Made by a program: the position numbers and the translations under genes. DNA of 64,000 nucleotides from Pseudomonadota bacterium (GTDB lineage: Bacteria > Pseudomonadota > Alphaproteobacteria > Caedimonadales > UBA1908): positions 4,980 through 68,979 of the forward strand of contig JAIUNT010000002.1 in assembly GCA_020161545.1 (NCBI GenBank), given 5' to 3'. The notes under the pieces are model-generated. The model searched no databases and was not told where the DNA came from. It saw nothing but the letters and a program-made list of their open reading frames with translations. Within the stretch, counting starts at the first letter, position 1; each line of letters begins with the position of its first letter. Shown piece by piece: positions 36,484 through 48,354 of this stretch.

Positions 36484-37656
36484 ATGAGTGTGACGTATTC
36501 TATGCCATCGGCGGTTTTGCAAGTGTTGCCAAAGCTGGGGGCAGGCGGCGTGGAGCAGGGCACAATCGATATTGCCAAAGCCTTGATAGGCAATGGTTAC
36601 AGATCACTTGTGGCGTCCCAGGGGGGCATGCGTGTGGAGGAACTTATGGAGGCCGGGGCACACCATGTGACCTTGCCACTGGCATCCAAAAATCCCGTCA
36701 AGATCTTGGGCGAGAATACAAAAGCCCTCCATAGTCTCATTGTTGAGGAAAAAATTACCCTTGTGCACGCGCGCTCTCGTGCGCCTGCCTGGAGTGCCTA
36801 CCGCGCGGCGCGCTTGGCGGGTGTGCCCTTTGTGACAACATTCCACGGCACTTACAATTTTTCCAACTTTGCCAAGAAGTGGTACAATTCAGTGATGGTG
36901 CGAGGCGCCCGTGTAATTGCCATCTCCGACTTCATCAAAGACCATATTTTGGACAACTACGGCTCTTATATTACCGAAGACCGCATTACGGTGATTCCCA
37001 GGGGTATTGATCTGTCGCGCTTTGATCCAAGTGCCATCGATGAGCACGCCGTGCGCCAGTGGCGCATGGACAATGGGATCTCCCTCAAGATCGCGCTTCT
37101 TGTCATGCCGGGAAGGCTCACACGCTGGAAGGGGCACAGTGAGGTCTTAAGAGCCTTTTCTCGCCTTGTGCCGGGAAGTGCGCACCTGGCCATCATTGGG
37201 GATCATCAAGGGCGTGTGGCCTACCTTGATGAGCTGCAGGCGTTGGCGCGCACCCTGGGGGTTGCTCCTTATGTGTCTTTTCTGGATCATACAAACCAGA
37301 TGCCCCTTGTGTACGCCAGTGCCCAGGGGGTTGTGCACGCCTCCACGGACGCGGAAGCCTTTGGGCGGGTGGTGGCGGAGGCCCAGGCCATGGGTAAGCC
37401 CTGCCTTGTATCAAAGCTCGGGGCGCCCAAAGAGATTGTTTTGGAGGATGAGACTGGCTGGGTTGCTGATCCACACGACGCGCGGGACCTATATGAGGGG
37501 CTGCAGGAGCTTCTCAATGTATCGCCCGACCGCTTGGGTTACATGGCGCATTTGGCACGCGCGCGCGTCTTATCGCTTTTTTCCCTTGAGCAAATGACAG
37601 GGCGTACGCTAGAACTCTACAAGGATCTTTTGGAGACACATCACCGTGAAGCTTAA
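36484..37656 (+). CDS. Glycosyltransferase family 4 (LPS core type)
   Basis: The sequence is LQVLPKLGAGGVEQGTIDIA...STDAEAFGRVVAEAQAMGKPCLVS, which contains an E-x7-E-like motif. Confidence 0.85.
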   Translation: MSVTYSMPSAVLQVLPKLGAGGVEQGTIDIAKALIGNGYRSLVASQGGMRVEELMEAGAHHVTLPLASKNPVKILGENTKALHSLIVEEKITLVHARSRAPAWSAYRAARLAGVPFVTTFHGTYNFSNFAKKWYNSVMVRGARVIAISDFIKDHILDNYGSYITEDRITVIPRGIDLSRFDPSAIDEHAVRQWRMDNGISLKIALLVMPGRLTRWKGHSEVLRAFSRLVPGSAHLAIIGDHQGRVAYLDELQALARTLGVAPYVSFLDHTNQMPLVYASAQGVVHASTDAEAFGRVVAEAQAMGKPCLVSKLGAPKEIVLEDETGWVADPHDARDLYEGLQELLNVSPDRLGYMAHLARARVLSLFSLEQMTGRTLELYKDLLETHHREA

Positions 37657-38629
37657 CCGTATTCTTGTCATTCGCCACGGCGCGTTGGGTGACCTTATCA
37701 TGGCAACGGGCGCCTTTGCAGCCATCAGAAACGCGCACCCAGAGGCGCATATCACGCTGCTGACGGGGTCCTCCTTTAAGGGTTTTACCGGGATGATGGG
37801 ATTTTTTGATGAGATTTGGACGGACAGACGCTCAAAGAATCCGCTTCAAATCTGGCAGGTGGTGCGCCAAATCAGACGCGGCCAATTTGATTTCGTCTTT
37901 GATTTGCAAAACTCAAAGCGCACGGGTCTTTACCACTCTATTTTGAACCTGACAGGAAAGCCCCTGCCTTGGAGCGGTATTGCCAGTGGATGTACACATC
38001 CCCAGACGCGCCCTGACCGGGAAGAGCTGCATTCCTTCTGGCGCTACCATGATCAGCTGCGCGCGGCGGGGCTACCCCTTGAGGGGGAGGCGCTTTTTTC
38101 CGAGCTTTCATGGATGAGCGGGGACCTTACGGCCTTTGACTTGCCTGAAAAGTTCGTGATCCTGATTCCGGGGAGCTCTTTGTCGGGCTCCTATAAGCGG
38201 TGGGGAGCTACGCAGTACGCCGCCCTTGCACGCACCTTAAGTGACTACGGTGTGGGCAGCGTTTTGGTGGCAGGTCCCGAGGATAACGAACCTGTGGATT
38301 ATTTGCGCGCCCACGCGCCAGAGGTGGTGGATCTGAGTATGAAGTTGACACTTCCTCAGATTGCGTCCCTGGCAAGGCAGGCCCTTGCGGTTGTGGGCAA
38401 TGACACAGGTCCAACCCATATCGCAGCCGGTGTGCGCACGCCCACCGTTGTGCCCTGGGCGTTGTCAGCTGCCCCTCCCGCCATTTACGCACCCAAAGGT
38501 GATCATGTGCGCGTTGTGGGGAGCCAGACCCTTGACCAACTCTCCCTTGAGGAGGTTTTGCAGGCGTTTTTTGACCTCATTCCCCAAAAGACCCTTGATT
38601 CCAAGGGGCAGAGCCTGGCATCTTCATGA
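37646..38629 (+). CDS. Glycosyltransferase family 9 (ADP-heptose:LPS heptosyltransferase-like)
   Basis: The sequence is ILVIRHGALGDLIMATGAF...VGNDTGPTHIAA. A GTG start overlaps the GT4 gene end. Confidence 0.85.
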   Translation: MKLNRILVIRHGALGDLIMATGAFAAIRNAHPEAHITLLTGSSFKGFTGMMGFFDEIWTDRRSKNPLQIWQVVRQIRRGQFDFVFDLQNSKRTGLYHSILNLTGKPLPWSGIASGCTHPQTRPDREELHSFWRYHDQLRAAGLPLEGEALFSELSWMSGDLTAFDLPEKFVILIPGSSLSGSYKRWGATQYAALARTLSDYGVGSVLVAGPEDNEPVDYLRAHAPEVVDLSMKLTLPQIASLARQALAVVGNDTGPTHIAAGVRTPTVVPWALSAAPPAIYAPKGDHVRVVGSQTLDQLSLEEVLQAFFDLIPQKTLDSKGQSLASS

Positions 38630-38668
38630 CAATTGTTTTAAACGCAGGATAAGTGAAGGGGTGCAGCT

Positions 38669-40615
38669 ATGGTGCGCTTAAGTCTGCCCGACGGGTCAGT
38701 CAGGGAGTTTGAGAAGGCGGTGACAGGTTTGGAGCTTGCAAAAAGCATCAGCTCAAACCTCGCCAAGAACGCTGTTTTCATTGAGGTCAACGGGGATGCG
38801 TGGGATCTGACGCGCCCCATTGACCAAGACGCAAAGGTACGCCTTGTCACGCGCGCAGACGAGGAAGGTCTTGACTTGTTGCGCCACGACGCGGCCCACG
38901 TCTTTGCTCAGGCCGTCAAAGAGCTCTACCCCGAGACCCAGATCTCCATTGGCCCCTCCATTGAAAACGGCTTTTACTATGATCTCTTGCGTGAGGAATC
39001 CTTTACGCCCGAGGATCTGGCGCGTTTAGAAGACCGTATGCGGGAGATTGTGGACCGGGATGAGCCCATTGTGCGCGAAGTCTGGGAGCGGGACAAAGCC
39101 ATTGCGTACTTCAAGTCCATTGGTGAGCATTTAAAAGTCGAGATCATTGAGGGTATTCCCGGTGATGAGCCTCTGTCTTTCTACCGTCAAGGTCCATTTA
39201 TTGACCTATGCCGTGGTCCCCATTTGCCGTCCACAAAGCTTCTTGGAAAAGCCTTTAAGCTGATGAAGCTTGCGGGCGCGTACTGGCGCGGCGACTCAAA
39301 TAACGTCATGCTCCAGCGTGTGTACGGCACTGCTTGGGCGGACCAAAAGCAGTTGGATCAGTATCTTTTCATGCTTGAAGAGGCAGAAAAGCGCGACCAC
39401 AGGCGCCTGGGCAAGGCGCTCGATCTTTTTCATATTCAGGAAGAGGCGCCGGGTAGCATTTTCTGGCACCCCAATGGCTGGGCCGTATATTTGTCCCTGC
39501 AGCAGTACATCCGCGATCGCATCAGTAAACAGGGTTACCAAGAGGTCAACACGCCCATGCTTGTGGACCGGGCCCTTTGGGAGGCGTCCGGCCACTGGGA
39601 GAAATTCCGCCACGCCATGTTTGGCACCAATGAGGCGGAAGACAAGCATCTTCTCGTCAAGCCCATGAACTGTCCATGCCATGTGCAGATCTTTAAACAG
39701 GGCCTTAAGAGCTATCGCGATTTACCCTTGCGCCTGGCGGAGTTTGGCTCCTGTCACCGTAATGAGCCGTCGGGCTCCCTTCACGGCCTCATGCGCGTGC
39801 GTGCCTTTGTTCAGGACGACGCCCATATTTTTTGTACCATGGAGCAAATCGCGTCCGAGACCGTGTCCTTTGTGACACTGCTTCTGTCCGTCTATAAGGA
39901 TCTGGGCTTTGATGACGTGCGCGTGAAGTTTTCTGACAGACCCGAGGTGCGTGCGGGATCCGATGATGTGTGGGACAAGGCGGAAGCGGCACTTCTTGAG
40001 GCGACAAAAGAGGCGGGCCTTGCCTATACCCTCAACCCAGGCGAAGGCGCATTCTATGGGCCAAAGCTGGAGTTCGTGATTAAGGACGCTATGGGGCGTG
40101 ACTGGCAGTGCGGAACGCTTCAAGTGGATATGGTGTTGCCTGAGCGTTTGGGTGCGACCTATATCGGACAGGACGGCGAGAAACACACGGCTGTGATGCT
40201 GCACCGCGCCATCCTTGGCAGCTTTGAGCGCTTCATGGGTATTCTCATTGAGCACCACGCGGGGCGCTTCCCCACGTGGCTGGCGCCCATCCAAGTGGTC
40301 GTGGCCCCCATCACCAGTGAGTGGGACGACTACGCCCAGGAGATCCTTAAAACACTCATTGAAAAGGGTGTGCGTGCGAAAAGTGATGTGCGCAACGAAA
40401 AGATCAGTTATAAGATCCGTGAGTGGAGTCATCAGAAAGTGCCCTTTATTTGGGTTGTGGGTGAAAAAGAAGCCACAAATAACACAGTGGCTGTGCGCAC
40501 CCTTGGATCCCAATCTCAGGAAGTGCTTGCGCTTGGTGACGCACTTGATAAACTGTTGGTTGAATGTGAAAGCCCAGCCAAACGTGGTGAGGCGGTTTTA
40601 GGAGTACTAGGTTGA
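38669..40615 (+). CDS. thrS: Threonyl-tRNA synthetase
   Basis: It has an N-terminal TGS domain, class II motifs (FRNE-like [25 protein letters not shown]) and [11 protein letters not shown]. Confidence 0.97.
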   Translation: MVRLSLPDGSVREFEKAVTGLELAKSISSNLAKNAVFIEVNGDAWDLTRPIDQDAKVRLVTRADEEGLDLLRHDAAHVFAQAVKELYPETQISIGPSIENGFYYDLLREESFTPEDLARLEDRMREIVDRDEPIVREVWERDKAIAYFKSIGEHLKVEIIEGIPGDEPLSFYRQGPFIDLCRGPHLPSTKLLGKAFKLMKLAGAYWRGDSNNVMLQRVYGTAWADQKQLDQYLFMLEEAEKRDHRRLGKALDLFHIQEEAPGSIFWHPNGWAVYLSLQQYIRDRISKQGYQEVNTPMLVDRALWEASGHWEKFRHAMFGTNEAEDKHLLVKPMNCPCHVQIFKQGLKSYRDLPLRLAEFGSCHRNEPSGSLHGLMRVRAFVQDDAHIFCTMEQIASETVSFVTLLLSVYKDLGFDDVRVKFSDRPEVRAGSDDVWDKAEAALLEATKEAGLAYTLNPGEGAFYGPKLEFVIKDAMGRDWQCGTLQVDMVLPERLGATYIGQDGEKHTAVMLHRAILGSFERFMGILIEHHAGRFPTWLAPIQVVVAPITSEWDDYAQEILKTLIEKGVRAKSDVRNEKISYKIREWSHQKVPFIWVVGEKEATNNTVAVRTLGSQSQEVLALGDALDKLLVECESPAKRGEAVLGVLG

Positions 40616-41169
40616 GAGAAAAAGAAGAAAACACACAGCGTCAAGGACCAGGGCGTCCAACCCAAGACGGACCCCGTGTGAACGAGCAAATCCGCTCGCC
40701 CAAAATTCGTCTCATTGATGAGAATGGTGATATGGTGGGTGTTGTGACTCCTCGCGAGGGGATGGAACGTGCGCGTTCGCTGGGTCTTGATCTTGTGGAG
40801 ATCTCGCCCGGTGCCGAGCCCCCCGTGTGCAAGATTTTGGACTATGGTCGCTTTAAGTACGACGCACAAAAGAAAAAGGCTGCGGCAAAGAAGAACCAGA
40901 AGATCGTTGAGATCAAGGAAGTGAAGCTGCGCCCCGGTATTGGTGAGCATGACTATCAGGTGAAGCTGCGCAGTATCCAACGCTTTATTGGCGAGGGAGA
41001 CCGCGTGAAGATCACCATGCGTTTTCGCGGACGTGAGATCACCCACCAAGAGCTCGGCTTGAAGGTGCTGGACCGTGTGAGTGCGGACGTGGCCGAGATC
41101 GCCAAAGTTGATCAAGCGCCTCGCCTAGAGGGCAAGCAAATTCTGATGCAGCTTTCGCCAAAGGCCTAA
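40612..41169 (+). CDS. infC: Translation initiation factor IF-3
   Basis: The sequence is [26 protein letters not shown]...[17 protein letters not shown]. The N-terminal region has no in-frame ATG. The candidates are TTG 40612, which overlaps the thrS stop, and GTG 40678, so the start is uncertain. Confidence 0.88.
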   Translation: MREKEENTQRQGPGRPTQDGPRVNEQIRSPKIRLIDENGDMVGVVTPREGMERARSLGLDLVEISPGAEPPVCKILDYGRFKYDAQKKKAAAKKNQKIVEIKEVKLRPGIGEHDYQVKLRSIQRFIGEGDRVKITMRFRGREITHQELGLKVLDRVSADVAEIAKVDQAPRLEGKQILMQLSPKA

Positions 41170-41330
41170 GGAAACACTTGTCTTTTTGCCTTGAAGCTGA
41201 TAGAAGAGGCCATGTGTGGTGACGGGCGCGTATGGGCTGCCTGGTCGCCTTGTAAAAAGGCTTATGTTACATAAGTCTTTTAGGAGTTGGGATTTTTATA
41301 AAATCCCCTTGAAGATGTAAGGATAGAAAA

Positions 41331-41534
41331 ATGCCCAAGCTTAAGACAAAAAGCAGCGTAAAAAAGCGCTTTAAGCTGACAGGAACCGGTAAGGTCGTTA
41401 TGGCCCAAGCTGGTAAGCGTCACGGTATGATCAAGCGCACGAATAAGCAAATTCGTAATCAACGTGGGACAGTCATCATGTCCGAGCCTGATGCCAAGAG
41501 GGTTCATCGTTATTTTGCCCCCTATGGTCTATAA
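41331..41534 (+). CDS. rpmI: 50S ribosomal protein L35
   Basis: The N-terminus is [22 protein letters not shown]... Confidence 0.95.
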   Translation: MPKLKTKSSVKKRFKLTGTGKVVMAQAGKRHGMIKRTNKQIRNQRGTVIMSEPDAKRVHRYFAPYGL

Positions 41535-41547
41535 GGAGAGTACTTAG

Positions 41548-41910
41548 ATGGCACGCGTTAAAAGAGGAACCACAGCCCACGCTCGTCAGCGTAAAGTGGT
41601 AGGAATGGCCAAGGGATACCGTGGCCGCTCAAAGAATTGTTTCCGTATTGCGCTGCAGCGCGTTGAAAAAGCGCTTCAATACGCCTACAGAGACCGCCGC
41701 ACGCGTAAGCGTGACTTCCGCGCTCTGTGGATTCAACGTATCAATGCAGCCGCACGTCTTTACGATTTGACGTATTCACAGTTCATGAACGGCATTCATA
41801 AGGCCGGCATCGACGTGGACCGTAAAGTCATGGCAGATTTGGCAGTGCGCGAGCCTGCTGCGTTTAAGGCCTTGGTAGATAACGCAAAGGCGGCACTCCA
41901 AGCGTCCTAA
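41548..41910 (+). CDS. rplT: 50S ribosomal protein L20
   Basis: The N-terminus is [17 protein letters not shown]...[22 protein letters not shown]. Confidence 0.95.
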   Translation: MARVKRGTTAHARQRKVVGMAKGYRGRSKNCFRIALQRVEKALQYAYRDRRTRKRDFRALWIQRINAAARLYDLTYSQFMNGIHKAGIDVDRKVMADLAVREPAAFKALVDNAKAALQAS

Positions 41911-41935
41911 ACATTTGATGCTTTTAAAAACAGGA

Positions 41936-41969
41936 AGAGCTGTCTTTGCTTTGACAGCTCTTTTTTTTT
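41936..41969 (+). terminator. Intrinsic terminator or attenuator after rplT
   Basis: AGAGCTGTC-tttgcttt-GACAGCTCT is followed by TTTTTTTT. Confidence 0.7.
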
Positions 41970-41986
41970 CATTTTTATAATGGAGA

Positions 41987-43081
41987 ATGACGATGACATC
42001 CCCCCACCCGTCTGGCCAGGATCTGGCGGCCAAGCAAGGACAATACTTGGCGCGCATTGAAGGTGCAGCGACCTTGGAAGCCCTGGAAGAGGTGCGTTTA
42101 GAAGCCCTTGGCAAACAAGGTGACATAACCCAGCTCATGAAGAGTCTGGGCGGCATGTCGCCCGAGGAGCGCAAGGAAAAGGGTGAGGCGTTTAATCAGA
42201 TTCGCGTCGTTCTCCAGGACGCCATTGGCGCAAAACGCACGCGCCTTGAGAAGGAAGCACTTCAGGAGAGCCTTTCCAAGGAGTGGGAAGACGTGACGCT
42301 TCCTGGGGCGAATCTCCAAAAGGGGCGCATCCATCCCTTGTCTCAAGCCATGTTTGAGGCCCTCGAAATTTTGGGCGATATGGGCTTTTATGTTGCGGAA
42401 GGCCCTGATATTGAGGACGATTTCCACAACTTTACGGCGCTTAACATTCCAGAGCTTCATCCCGCGCGCCAGGACCAGGATACGTTCTATTTTCCAAAGG
42501 ACGCCAAAGGTGAGCGTCTTCTTTTGCGCACCCATACGTCTCCTGTGCAAGTGCGCACCATGATGAACAAAAAGCCGCCCATTCGTATTGTGGCGCCGGG
42601 ACGCGTTTACCGTAGCGACTATGACCAAACCCATACCCCCGTCTTTCATCAGATCGAGGGACTTTACATCGATAAGGATATTCACATGGGGCACCTAAAG
42701 GGGTGCTTGGAGACCTTTTGTCAGCGCTTTTTTGAGTGCCCAGATCTGCCCGTGCGTTTTCGACCCGGCTTCTTTCCCTTCACGGAGCCCTCTGCCGAGA
42801 TCGACATTGGATGCGGGCGTAAAGACGGCCGCCTTGTGATCGGCGGGGGCGAGGATTGGCTAGAGATCCTAGGGGCCGGCATGGTGCACCGAAAGGTTTT
42901 GGAAAACTGCGGCGTTGATCCCGATGAGTATCAAGGCTTTGCCTTTGGCATGGGCGTTGAGCGGTTGGCGATGCTGAAATACGGACTGACGGACTTGCGG
43001 GCCTTTTTTGAGTCCGATGTGCGTTGGCTGGAACATTACGGAAAATCACCCTTTGCGGGTCTGATGGGGGGAGTGCTTTAA
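41987..43081 (+). CDS. pheS: Phenylalanyl-tRNA synthetase alpha subunit
   Basis: Class II motifs are present: [25 protein letters not shown] and [13 protein letters not shown]. Confidence 0.95.
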   Translation: MTMTSPHPSGQDLAAKQGQYLARIEGAATLEALEEVRLEALGKQGDITQLMKSLGGMSPEERKEKGEAFNQIRVVLQDAIGAKRTRLEKEALQESLSKEWEDVTLPGANLQKGRIHPLSQAMFEALEILGDMGFYVAEGPDIEDDFHNFTALNIPELHPARQDQDTFYFPKDAKGERLLLRTHTSPVQVRTMMNKKPPIRIVAPGRVYRSDYDQTHTPVFHQIEGLYIDKDIHMGHLKGCLETFCQRFFECPDLPVRFRPGFFPFTEPSAEIDIGCGRKDGRLVIGGGEDWLEILGAGMVHRKVLENCGVDPDEYQGFAFGMGVERLAMLKYGLTDLRAFFESDVRWLEHYGKSPFAGLMGGVL

Positions 43082-43082
43082 G

Positions 43083-45485
43083 ATGAAAGTTCCTTTGAAT
43101 TGGTTGGCGGCGCACCTTGAGTCGGACGCGCCCCAGGAAGCGATCGTGAAAGCCCTGTCCTCACTAGGCCTTGTTGTGGACGGCGTTTTGTCTCCGGGTA
43201 AGATCTATAAGGGCTTTATCATTGCGCAAATCGTTGGGGCCGAGAAGCACCCACAGGCGGACCGTTTGCAGGTATGTGATGTGGACACGGGAACGGCGCG
43301 CCTCCAGATCGTGTGCGGTGCGCCCAATGCGCGCGCGGGGATCAAGGTGATTTTGGCCCAAGAAGGCGCTGTTGTGCCGGCCAATGGCATGGTCATAGGG
43401 CGTGCGAAGATGCGCGGCGTGGAAAGCTGTGGGATGCTGTGCTCATCGGCGGAGCTTGGCCTTCCAGACGCGGGACCTGAGGGCATTTTTGAGGTTGAGG
43501 ACGATGTGGCCCTGGGCACACCGCTTGCGGTCTATCTGGGCCTGGAGGCGGACGTGCTGGACGTGGACGTGACTCCCAACAGAGGTGACTGCTTCTCCAT
43601 GCGCGGTATTGCCAGGGACCTGGCAGCAAAGGGCCTTGGAGGCCTCGCTCACTTGAGCATTCAATGCGTGCCAGTGACCCACGCCGATGCTCTTCCCGTG
43701 TCCATTGAGGAAGCCGCAAAGGACATGTGCCCCCATTTCACGGGACGCGTGATTCGCGGCGTGAAAAACGGCCCCAGCCCTTTGTGGCTGAAGAAGTTGC
43801 TGCGCGCGGCTGGCCAGCGCTCCATCAGCGCGCTGGTGGATGTGACCAACTATATGGCCATGGACCTCGGGCGTCCCATGCACGTTTTTGATGCGCGCAA
43901 AATACCCCAGGGCCTGCAGGTGCGCCCCTCTAAAGCAGATGAGTCCTTCGAGGCCCTCGATGGCCAGACTTATACCCTGCCTGCGGGCCTCCTTGTGATT
44001 GCCAGTGGCGACGAAGTGACGTCCTTGGCCGGCGTCATGGGCGGCATGAAAAGCAGCTGCGATCTGGAGACCGTGGACGTTTTCTTGGAGTCTGCGTACT
44101 TTACGCCCGCAACCATTGCCAAAAGCGGTCAGGCGACAGGCATTTTGTCCGAGTCGCGCAGTCGTTTTGAGCGCGGCACAGATCCTTCCCTTGTGCTTAT
44201 GGGGCTTGAGCGGGCAACGCGCCTGATTGTGGAGCTGTGCGGCGGCGAGGCGGGGCCAGTTGTTACGTGCGGCGCGCCTGCCCAGATTGCCCACACCATC
44301 ACCTTGCACCCCTCCCACATCATGAAGCGCCTTGGCTGGATGCCTGACTACGACGTTTATCACAGGATTCTAGAGGGCCTGGGATGTATGGTCACACCCC
44401 TTGACGAGGACGCTGTATGCGTGCTGACGCCTTCCTGGCGCCATGATCTGGCGGGGGAAGATGATCTGGTGGAAGAAATTGCCAGGGTTGTGGGGTATGA
44501 CCAGATCCCAAGCGTGGCTCTGCCCCATGGGAATGCGGCTTTGGAAGCCTTTGAAAGCGCCCCAGGCGCCCACACCCGCGCGCGGCGTGAGTGGATTGCG
44601 CGGCGCGCCTTAGCGGCGCGACACATGGCGGAGGTCGTGACCTATTCCTTTGTGTCCGAGTCCCAAGCAACCCTTTTTGCCGAGGGCGCGTCTCTTTTGA
44701 CGCTGGATAATCCCATCAGCCAAGAGCTGAACACCATGCGTCCGCGTCTGTTGCCGTCCCTGATTGTGTCGGTCAAGCGGAACGTGGCCAAAGGGCAGGC
44801 GGATGTGTCCCTTTTCGAGGTAGCCAGTCACTATGGCGGCGCGCACCCTAGCGCCCAACGCCGCATGGTGGCCGGTGTGCGCTTGGGGGCAACTCACCCC
44901 CGCCACTGGCGCGAGGCGCCCCAGGTCTTCACCTGGGCCCACGTGAAGGACGATGCCTTTGCCCTTCTGGACGCGTGTGGGGTGGACACGCGTGACGTTG
45001 GGATCAGCCGCGACGTGCCCTCCTTCTATCATCCTGGCAGAAGCGCCACGCTGATGCTTGGCGGGCAGGTCATTGGCGTCTTTGGTCAGCTGCACCCAGA
45101 GATGCTGCGCGCCTTAGACGCGCCCATGACGCTTGTGGCCTTTGAGGTCTTTTTGGACGCGCTACCAGAAATGAAAGGGGCGAACGCGCCGGCTGCGATC
45201 TCCAGCCTCCAAAGCGTGGAGCGCGATCTGGCCTTTGTGATGGACGCGCGCGTTGAGGCAGCACGGGTGATTGCAGCTGTCTATAAAACCGACGCACTTA
45301 TTGGTGACGTGCGGGTTTTTGACGTGTATCAAGGTCCCCATGTGGGCGATGGAAAGAAGTCTTTGGCCATTACTTACCGCATGGATCCCGTCACTCAAAC
45401 CCTGACGGACGCTCAGATCCACGACATTATGAACCGGGTCATTGCCCATGTTGAAAAAGAAACAGGAGGAGTGCTACGCGCATGA
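43083..45485 (+). CDS. pheT: Phenylalanyl-tRNA synthetase beta subunit
   Basis: 800 aa. The tRNA-binding domain reads [18 protein letters not shown]...VCGAPN. B3/4, B5 and FDX-ACB regions follow. Confidence 0.95.
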   Translation: MKVPLNWLAAHLESDAPQEAIVKALSSLGLVVDGVLSPGKIYKGFIIAQIVGAEKHPQADRLQVCDVDTGTARLQIVCGAPNARAGIKVILAQEGAVVPANGMVIGRAKMRGVESCGMLCSSAELGLPDAGPEGIFEVEDDVALGTPLAVYLGLEADVLDVDVTPNRGDCFSMRGIARDLAAKGLGGLAHLSIQCVPVTHADALPVSIEEAAKDMCPHFTGRVIRGVKNGPSPLWLKKLLRAAGQRSISALVDVTNYMAMDLGRPMHVFDARKIPQGLQVRPSKADESFEALDGQTYTLPAGLLVIASGDEVTSLAGVMGGMKSSCDLETVDVFLESAYFTPATIAKSGQATGILSESRSRFERGTDPSLVLMGLERATRLIVELCGGEAGPVVTCGAPAQIAHTITLHPSHIMKRLGWMPDYDVYHRILEGLGCMVTPLDEDAVCVLTPSWRHDLAGEDDLVEEIARVVGYDQIPSVALPHGNAALEAFESAPGAHTRARREWIARRALAARHMAEVVTYSFVSESQATLFAEGASLLTLDNPISQELNTMRPRLLPSLIVSVKRNVAKGQADVSLFEVASHYGGAHPSAQRRMVAGVRLGATHPRHWREAPQVFTWAHVKDDAFALLDACGVDTRDVGISRDVPSFYHPGRSATLMLGGQVIGVFGQLHPEMLRALDAPMTLVAFEVFLDALPEMKGANAPAAISSLQSVERDLAFVMDARVEAARVIAAVYKTDALIGDVRVFDVYQGPHVGDGKKSLAITYRMDPVTQTLTDAQIHDIMNRVIAHVEKETGGVLRA

Positions 45486-47284
45486 CCCAGACGAGTTTTA
45501 TTCGTAACTTTGCCATTATTGCCCACATTGACCACGGCAAGTCGACACTAGCTGACCGCCTGATCCAGGTGTGCGGCGGCGTTGAACTGCGCGAGCTTAA
45601 GGAGCAAATGCTGGACAACATGGATATCGAGCGTGAGCGCGGTATCACTATTAAAGCCCAGACCGTGCGCTTGAAATATAAAGCCAAGGATGGGCACACA
45701 TACCAACTGAACCTCATGGATACGCCGGGCCACGTGGACTTTGCCTATGAGGTGAGTCGGTCCTTGGCGGCCTGTGAAGGCTCGATCTTGGTTGTGGACG
45801 CCAGCCAAGGCGTGGAAGCCCAGACGCTGGCCAACGTCTACCAAGCCATTGAGCATGATCACGAGATTATCTTGGCCCTCAATAAGATTGATTTGCCCGC
45901 CGCTGAGCCTGACCGTGTGCGCGAGCAGGTGGAAAATGTGATCGGTATTGACGCCAGCGAAGCGGCCCTTGTGTCAGCCAAAAGCGGCCTTGGTATTGAT
46001 GATCTCTTGGAAAAGATTGTGGCGCGCATTCCCGCACCTAAGGGTGACGAAAAAGCACCCCTCAAGGCTATGCTGGTGGATAGCTGGTACGACCCGTACT
46101 TGGGCGTCATCATCCTCGTGCGCGTCATGGACGGGGTTTTGTCCCAGGCTCAACGCATTCGTATGCTTGCCACAGACGCAGTCTATCAGGTTGATAACGT
46201 TGGTTATTTCTCGCCCAAAAAGCATATGGTCAAGACCCTTCACCCAGGTGAGGTGGGTTTTATCACCGCCAGCATTAAACACGTGGCAGACTGTAAGGTG
46301 GGTGATACCATCACGAGTGAGCGTGGGGGTACAACGGACCCGCTGCCTGGCTTTAAACCCAGTATTCCTGTCGTGTTTTGTGGTCTTTTTCCAACGGACG
46401 CGGCCAACTTTGAGGAACTGCGGGATAGCTTGGCGAAACTGCGCCTCAATGACGCGAGCTTTTCCTTTGAGGCGGAGACGTCCGCCGCCCTTGGTTTTGG
46501 ATTCCGCTGCGGCTTTTTGGGGCTACTGCACCTGGAAATCGTTCAAGAAAGGCTCGAGCGCGAGTTTGACCTGGATCTTGTGACGACGGCGCCCAGTGTT
46601 ATCTACCGCATTCACCTGCGTGGCGGCGAGGTGGTGGAGCTTCATAACCCAGCCGACTTTCCCGACGTGATGAAGATTGAGCACATTGAAGAACCCTGGA
46701 TTAAGGCCACTATTCTTGTGCCAGACGAGTATTTGGGCAGCGTCCTGTCTCTTTGTACAGAGCGACGGGGTGAGCAGATTGACATGACTTATGTGGGCGG
46801 GCGCGCCATGCTTGTGTACCGCTTGCCTCTCAATGAAATTGTCTTTGACTTCTATGACCGCTTGAAGTCTGTGTCGCGCGGGTACGCCAGCTTTGACTAC
46901 GAAATCGATGACTACCGCGAGGGCGATCTTGTGAAGATGACCATCTTGGTGAACGGCGAGATCGTGGACGCTTTGTCGTGCGTGGTGCACCGGGCTCACG
47001 CAGAATCCAGAGGCCGCGCGCTGTGTGCACGCCTCAAGGATCTGATCCCACGTCAGCTCTTCAAGATTGCCATCCAAGCGGCCATCGGCGGTAAGATCGT
47101 GGCCAGAGAGACTGTCTCGGCCATGCGCAAGGACGTGACGGCCAAGTGCTATGGCGGCGACGTTTCCCGCAAGCGCAAGCTTCTGGATAAGCAAAAAGAG
47201 GGTAAAAAGCGCATGCGCCAATTTGGTAAGGTGGAAATTCCCCAAAGTGCGTTCCTCGCGGCCCTGCGCACAGGAAAAGAGTAG
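45482..47284 (+). CDS. lepA: Elongation factor 4
   Basis: The sequence is [20 protein letters not shown]...DTPGHVDF...NKID, with the characteristic LepA C-terminus [25 protein letters not shown]. Confidence 0.97.
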   Translation: MTQTSFIRNFAIIAHIDHGKSTLADRLIQVCGGVELRELKEQMLDNMDIERERGITIKAQTVRLKYKAKDGHTYQLNLMDTPGHVDFAYEVSRSLAACEGSILVVDASQGVEAQTLANVYQAIEHDHEIILALNKIDLPAAEPDRVREQVENVIGIDASEAALVSAKSGLGIDDLLEKIVARIPAPKGDEKAPLKAMLVDSWYDPYLGVIILVRVMDGVLSQAQRIRMLATDAVYQVDNVGYFSPKKHMVKTLHPGEVGFITASIKHVADCKVGDTITSERGGTTDPLPGFKPSIPVVFCGLFPTDAANFEELRDSLAKLRLNDASFSFEAETSAALGFGFRCGFLGLLHLEIVQERLEREFDLDLVTTAPSVIYRIHLRGGEVVELHNPADFPDVMKIEHIEEPWIKATILVPDEYLGSVLSLCTERRGEQIDMTYVGGRAMLVYRLPLNEIVFDFYDRLKSVSRGYASFDYEIDDYREGDLVKMTILVNGEIVDALSCVVHRAHAESRGRALCARLKDLIPRQLFKIAIQAAIGGKIVARETVSAMRKDVTAKCYGGDVSRKRKLLDKQKEGKKRMRQFGKVEIPQSAFLAALRTGKE

Positions 47285-47290
47285 GCAAGC

Positions 47291-47746
47291 GTGGACGGGC
47301 AGGCGACCTTTGCGCTTCTCATCGAGGGCAATGGACCCGATCTTGCCCGTCTCCACGCCCAGTGTTTTCCCTTACCCTGGTCCCCTGAGAGTTTTGAGGA
47401 GCTCCTGCGCAACGACGCAGTTCATGCCTCAGGCGCGTGGGCGGGAAGGACCTTGGTGGCAGCCCTGCTCGTGCAGTGCGCCGGCGACACAGCCGACATT
47501 GTGACCCTGATGACAGCGCCCAGCATGCGACAACAAGGATTGTCAAAAGAACTTATGAGACTTTTCTTGCGGGATTTTTTACAACACCCTCAAAAGACAT
47601 GCTTTTTGGAGGTTGCTCAGGACAATATACCCGCACTCGAACTCTACAAGTCTTTGAATTTTAAGGTGTGCGGTGCGCGCAAAGATTACTACGACGGGCC
47701 CCACGGGTCGCGGGACGCGTGGGTTTTGCGCCTTGGGCGAACATAA
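47291..47746 (+). CDS. rimI: GNAT acetyltransferase, RimI-like (ribosomal protein alanine acetyltransferase)
   Basis: The motifs are IVTLMTAPSMRQQGLSKELM and FLEVAQDNIPALELYKSLNFKVCGARKDYY. The start is GTG. Confidence 0.75.
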   Translation: MDGQATFALLIEGNGPDLARLHAQCFPLPWSPESFEELLRNDAVHASGAWAGRTLVAALLVQCAGDTADIVTLMTAPSMRQQGLSKELMRLFLRDFLQHPQKTCFLEVAQDNIPALELYKSLNFKVCGARKDYYDGPHGSRDAWVLRLGRT

Positions 47747-47816
47747 AATAAATTTTTTTTTAAATATACTTGATTATATGTCAGAAGTATTCTAAGACAG
47801 TCTTGAGTATAAAACG

Positions 47817-47831
47817 TTAAGGCATTCTTAA
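47817..47831. promoter_or_regulatory. CtrA-type box TTAA-N7-TTAA(C) immediately upstream of mucR
   Basis: gTTAAggcattcTTAAc is a perfect GTTAAG-N5-CTTAAC palindrome, 18 nt before ATG 47849 and within a strongly AT-rich 100-bp leader. Confidence 0.55.
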
Positions 47832-47848
47832 CATCATAGGAGAAAAAA

Positions 47849-48292
47849 ATGAGTTTTCAGGACGCAGACTTGCATGCCCTCACGCCTGCAGAGATTTTGA
47901 GCATGGCCGCCGATATTACGGCAGCTTATGTTTCTGGTAATAAAACAGAAATTGCACAAATCCAAGATGTGATGCGCAGCGTGTACGCAACCCTGTGTGA
48001 GTTCAATAGCCGCGGTGGTTCCGTGCTTGGTCGCCCAGATCCAGTCATTTCCATCGAGGACTCAGTACATGACGATTACATCGTGTGCTTAGAAGACGGC
48101 AAGCAACTGAAGATGTTGAAGCGTCACTTGAAGACAGCTTACAACATGACACCTGAGCAATACCGTGAACGTTGGGGTCTGTCCGCAGACTATCCAATGG
48201 TTGCGCCAAACTACGCACGTCAACGCAGCGACTTGGCCATGAAAATTGGTCTTGGTCGCCGTCGCAAGAAGCTTGAGCAAAAAGCAGCCTAA
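47849..48292 (+). CDS. mucR: MucR/Ros family zinc-finger transcriptional regulator
   Basis: The sequence IVCLEDGKQLKMLKRHLKTAYNMTPEQYRERWGLSADYPMVAPNYARQRS is the canonical Ros/MucR core. Confidence 0.92.
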   Translation: MSFQDADLHALTPAEILSMAADITAAYVSGNKTEIAQIQDVMRSVYATLCEFNSRGGSVLGRPDPVISIEDSVHDDYIVCLEDGKQLKMLKRHLKTAYNMTPEQYRERWGLSADYPMVAPNYARQRSDLAMKIGLGRRRKKLEQKAA

Positions 48293-48316
48293 GCTTCTTT
48301 ATAAGATGCGATAAAA

Positions 48317-48354
48317 AGGCGCGTGGGTTGAAAATGACCTGCGCGCCTTTTTTT
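48317..48354 (+). terminator. Intrinsic terminator after mucR
   Basis: AGGCGCGTGGGT-loop-ACCTGCGCGCCT is followed by TTTTTT. Confidence 0.65.

Noticed and set aside
41170-41330. Hairpins in the infC-rpmI spacer (CTTATGT-T-ACATAAG and GGGATTTTTATAAAATCCCC) as an L20-binding leader
   Set aside because: This is plausible by analogy with L20 autoregulation of rpmI-rplT. I cannot demonstrate the pseudoknot or L20-site mimicry from sequence alone.
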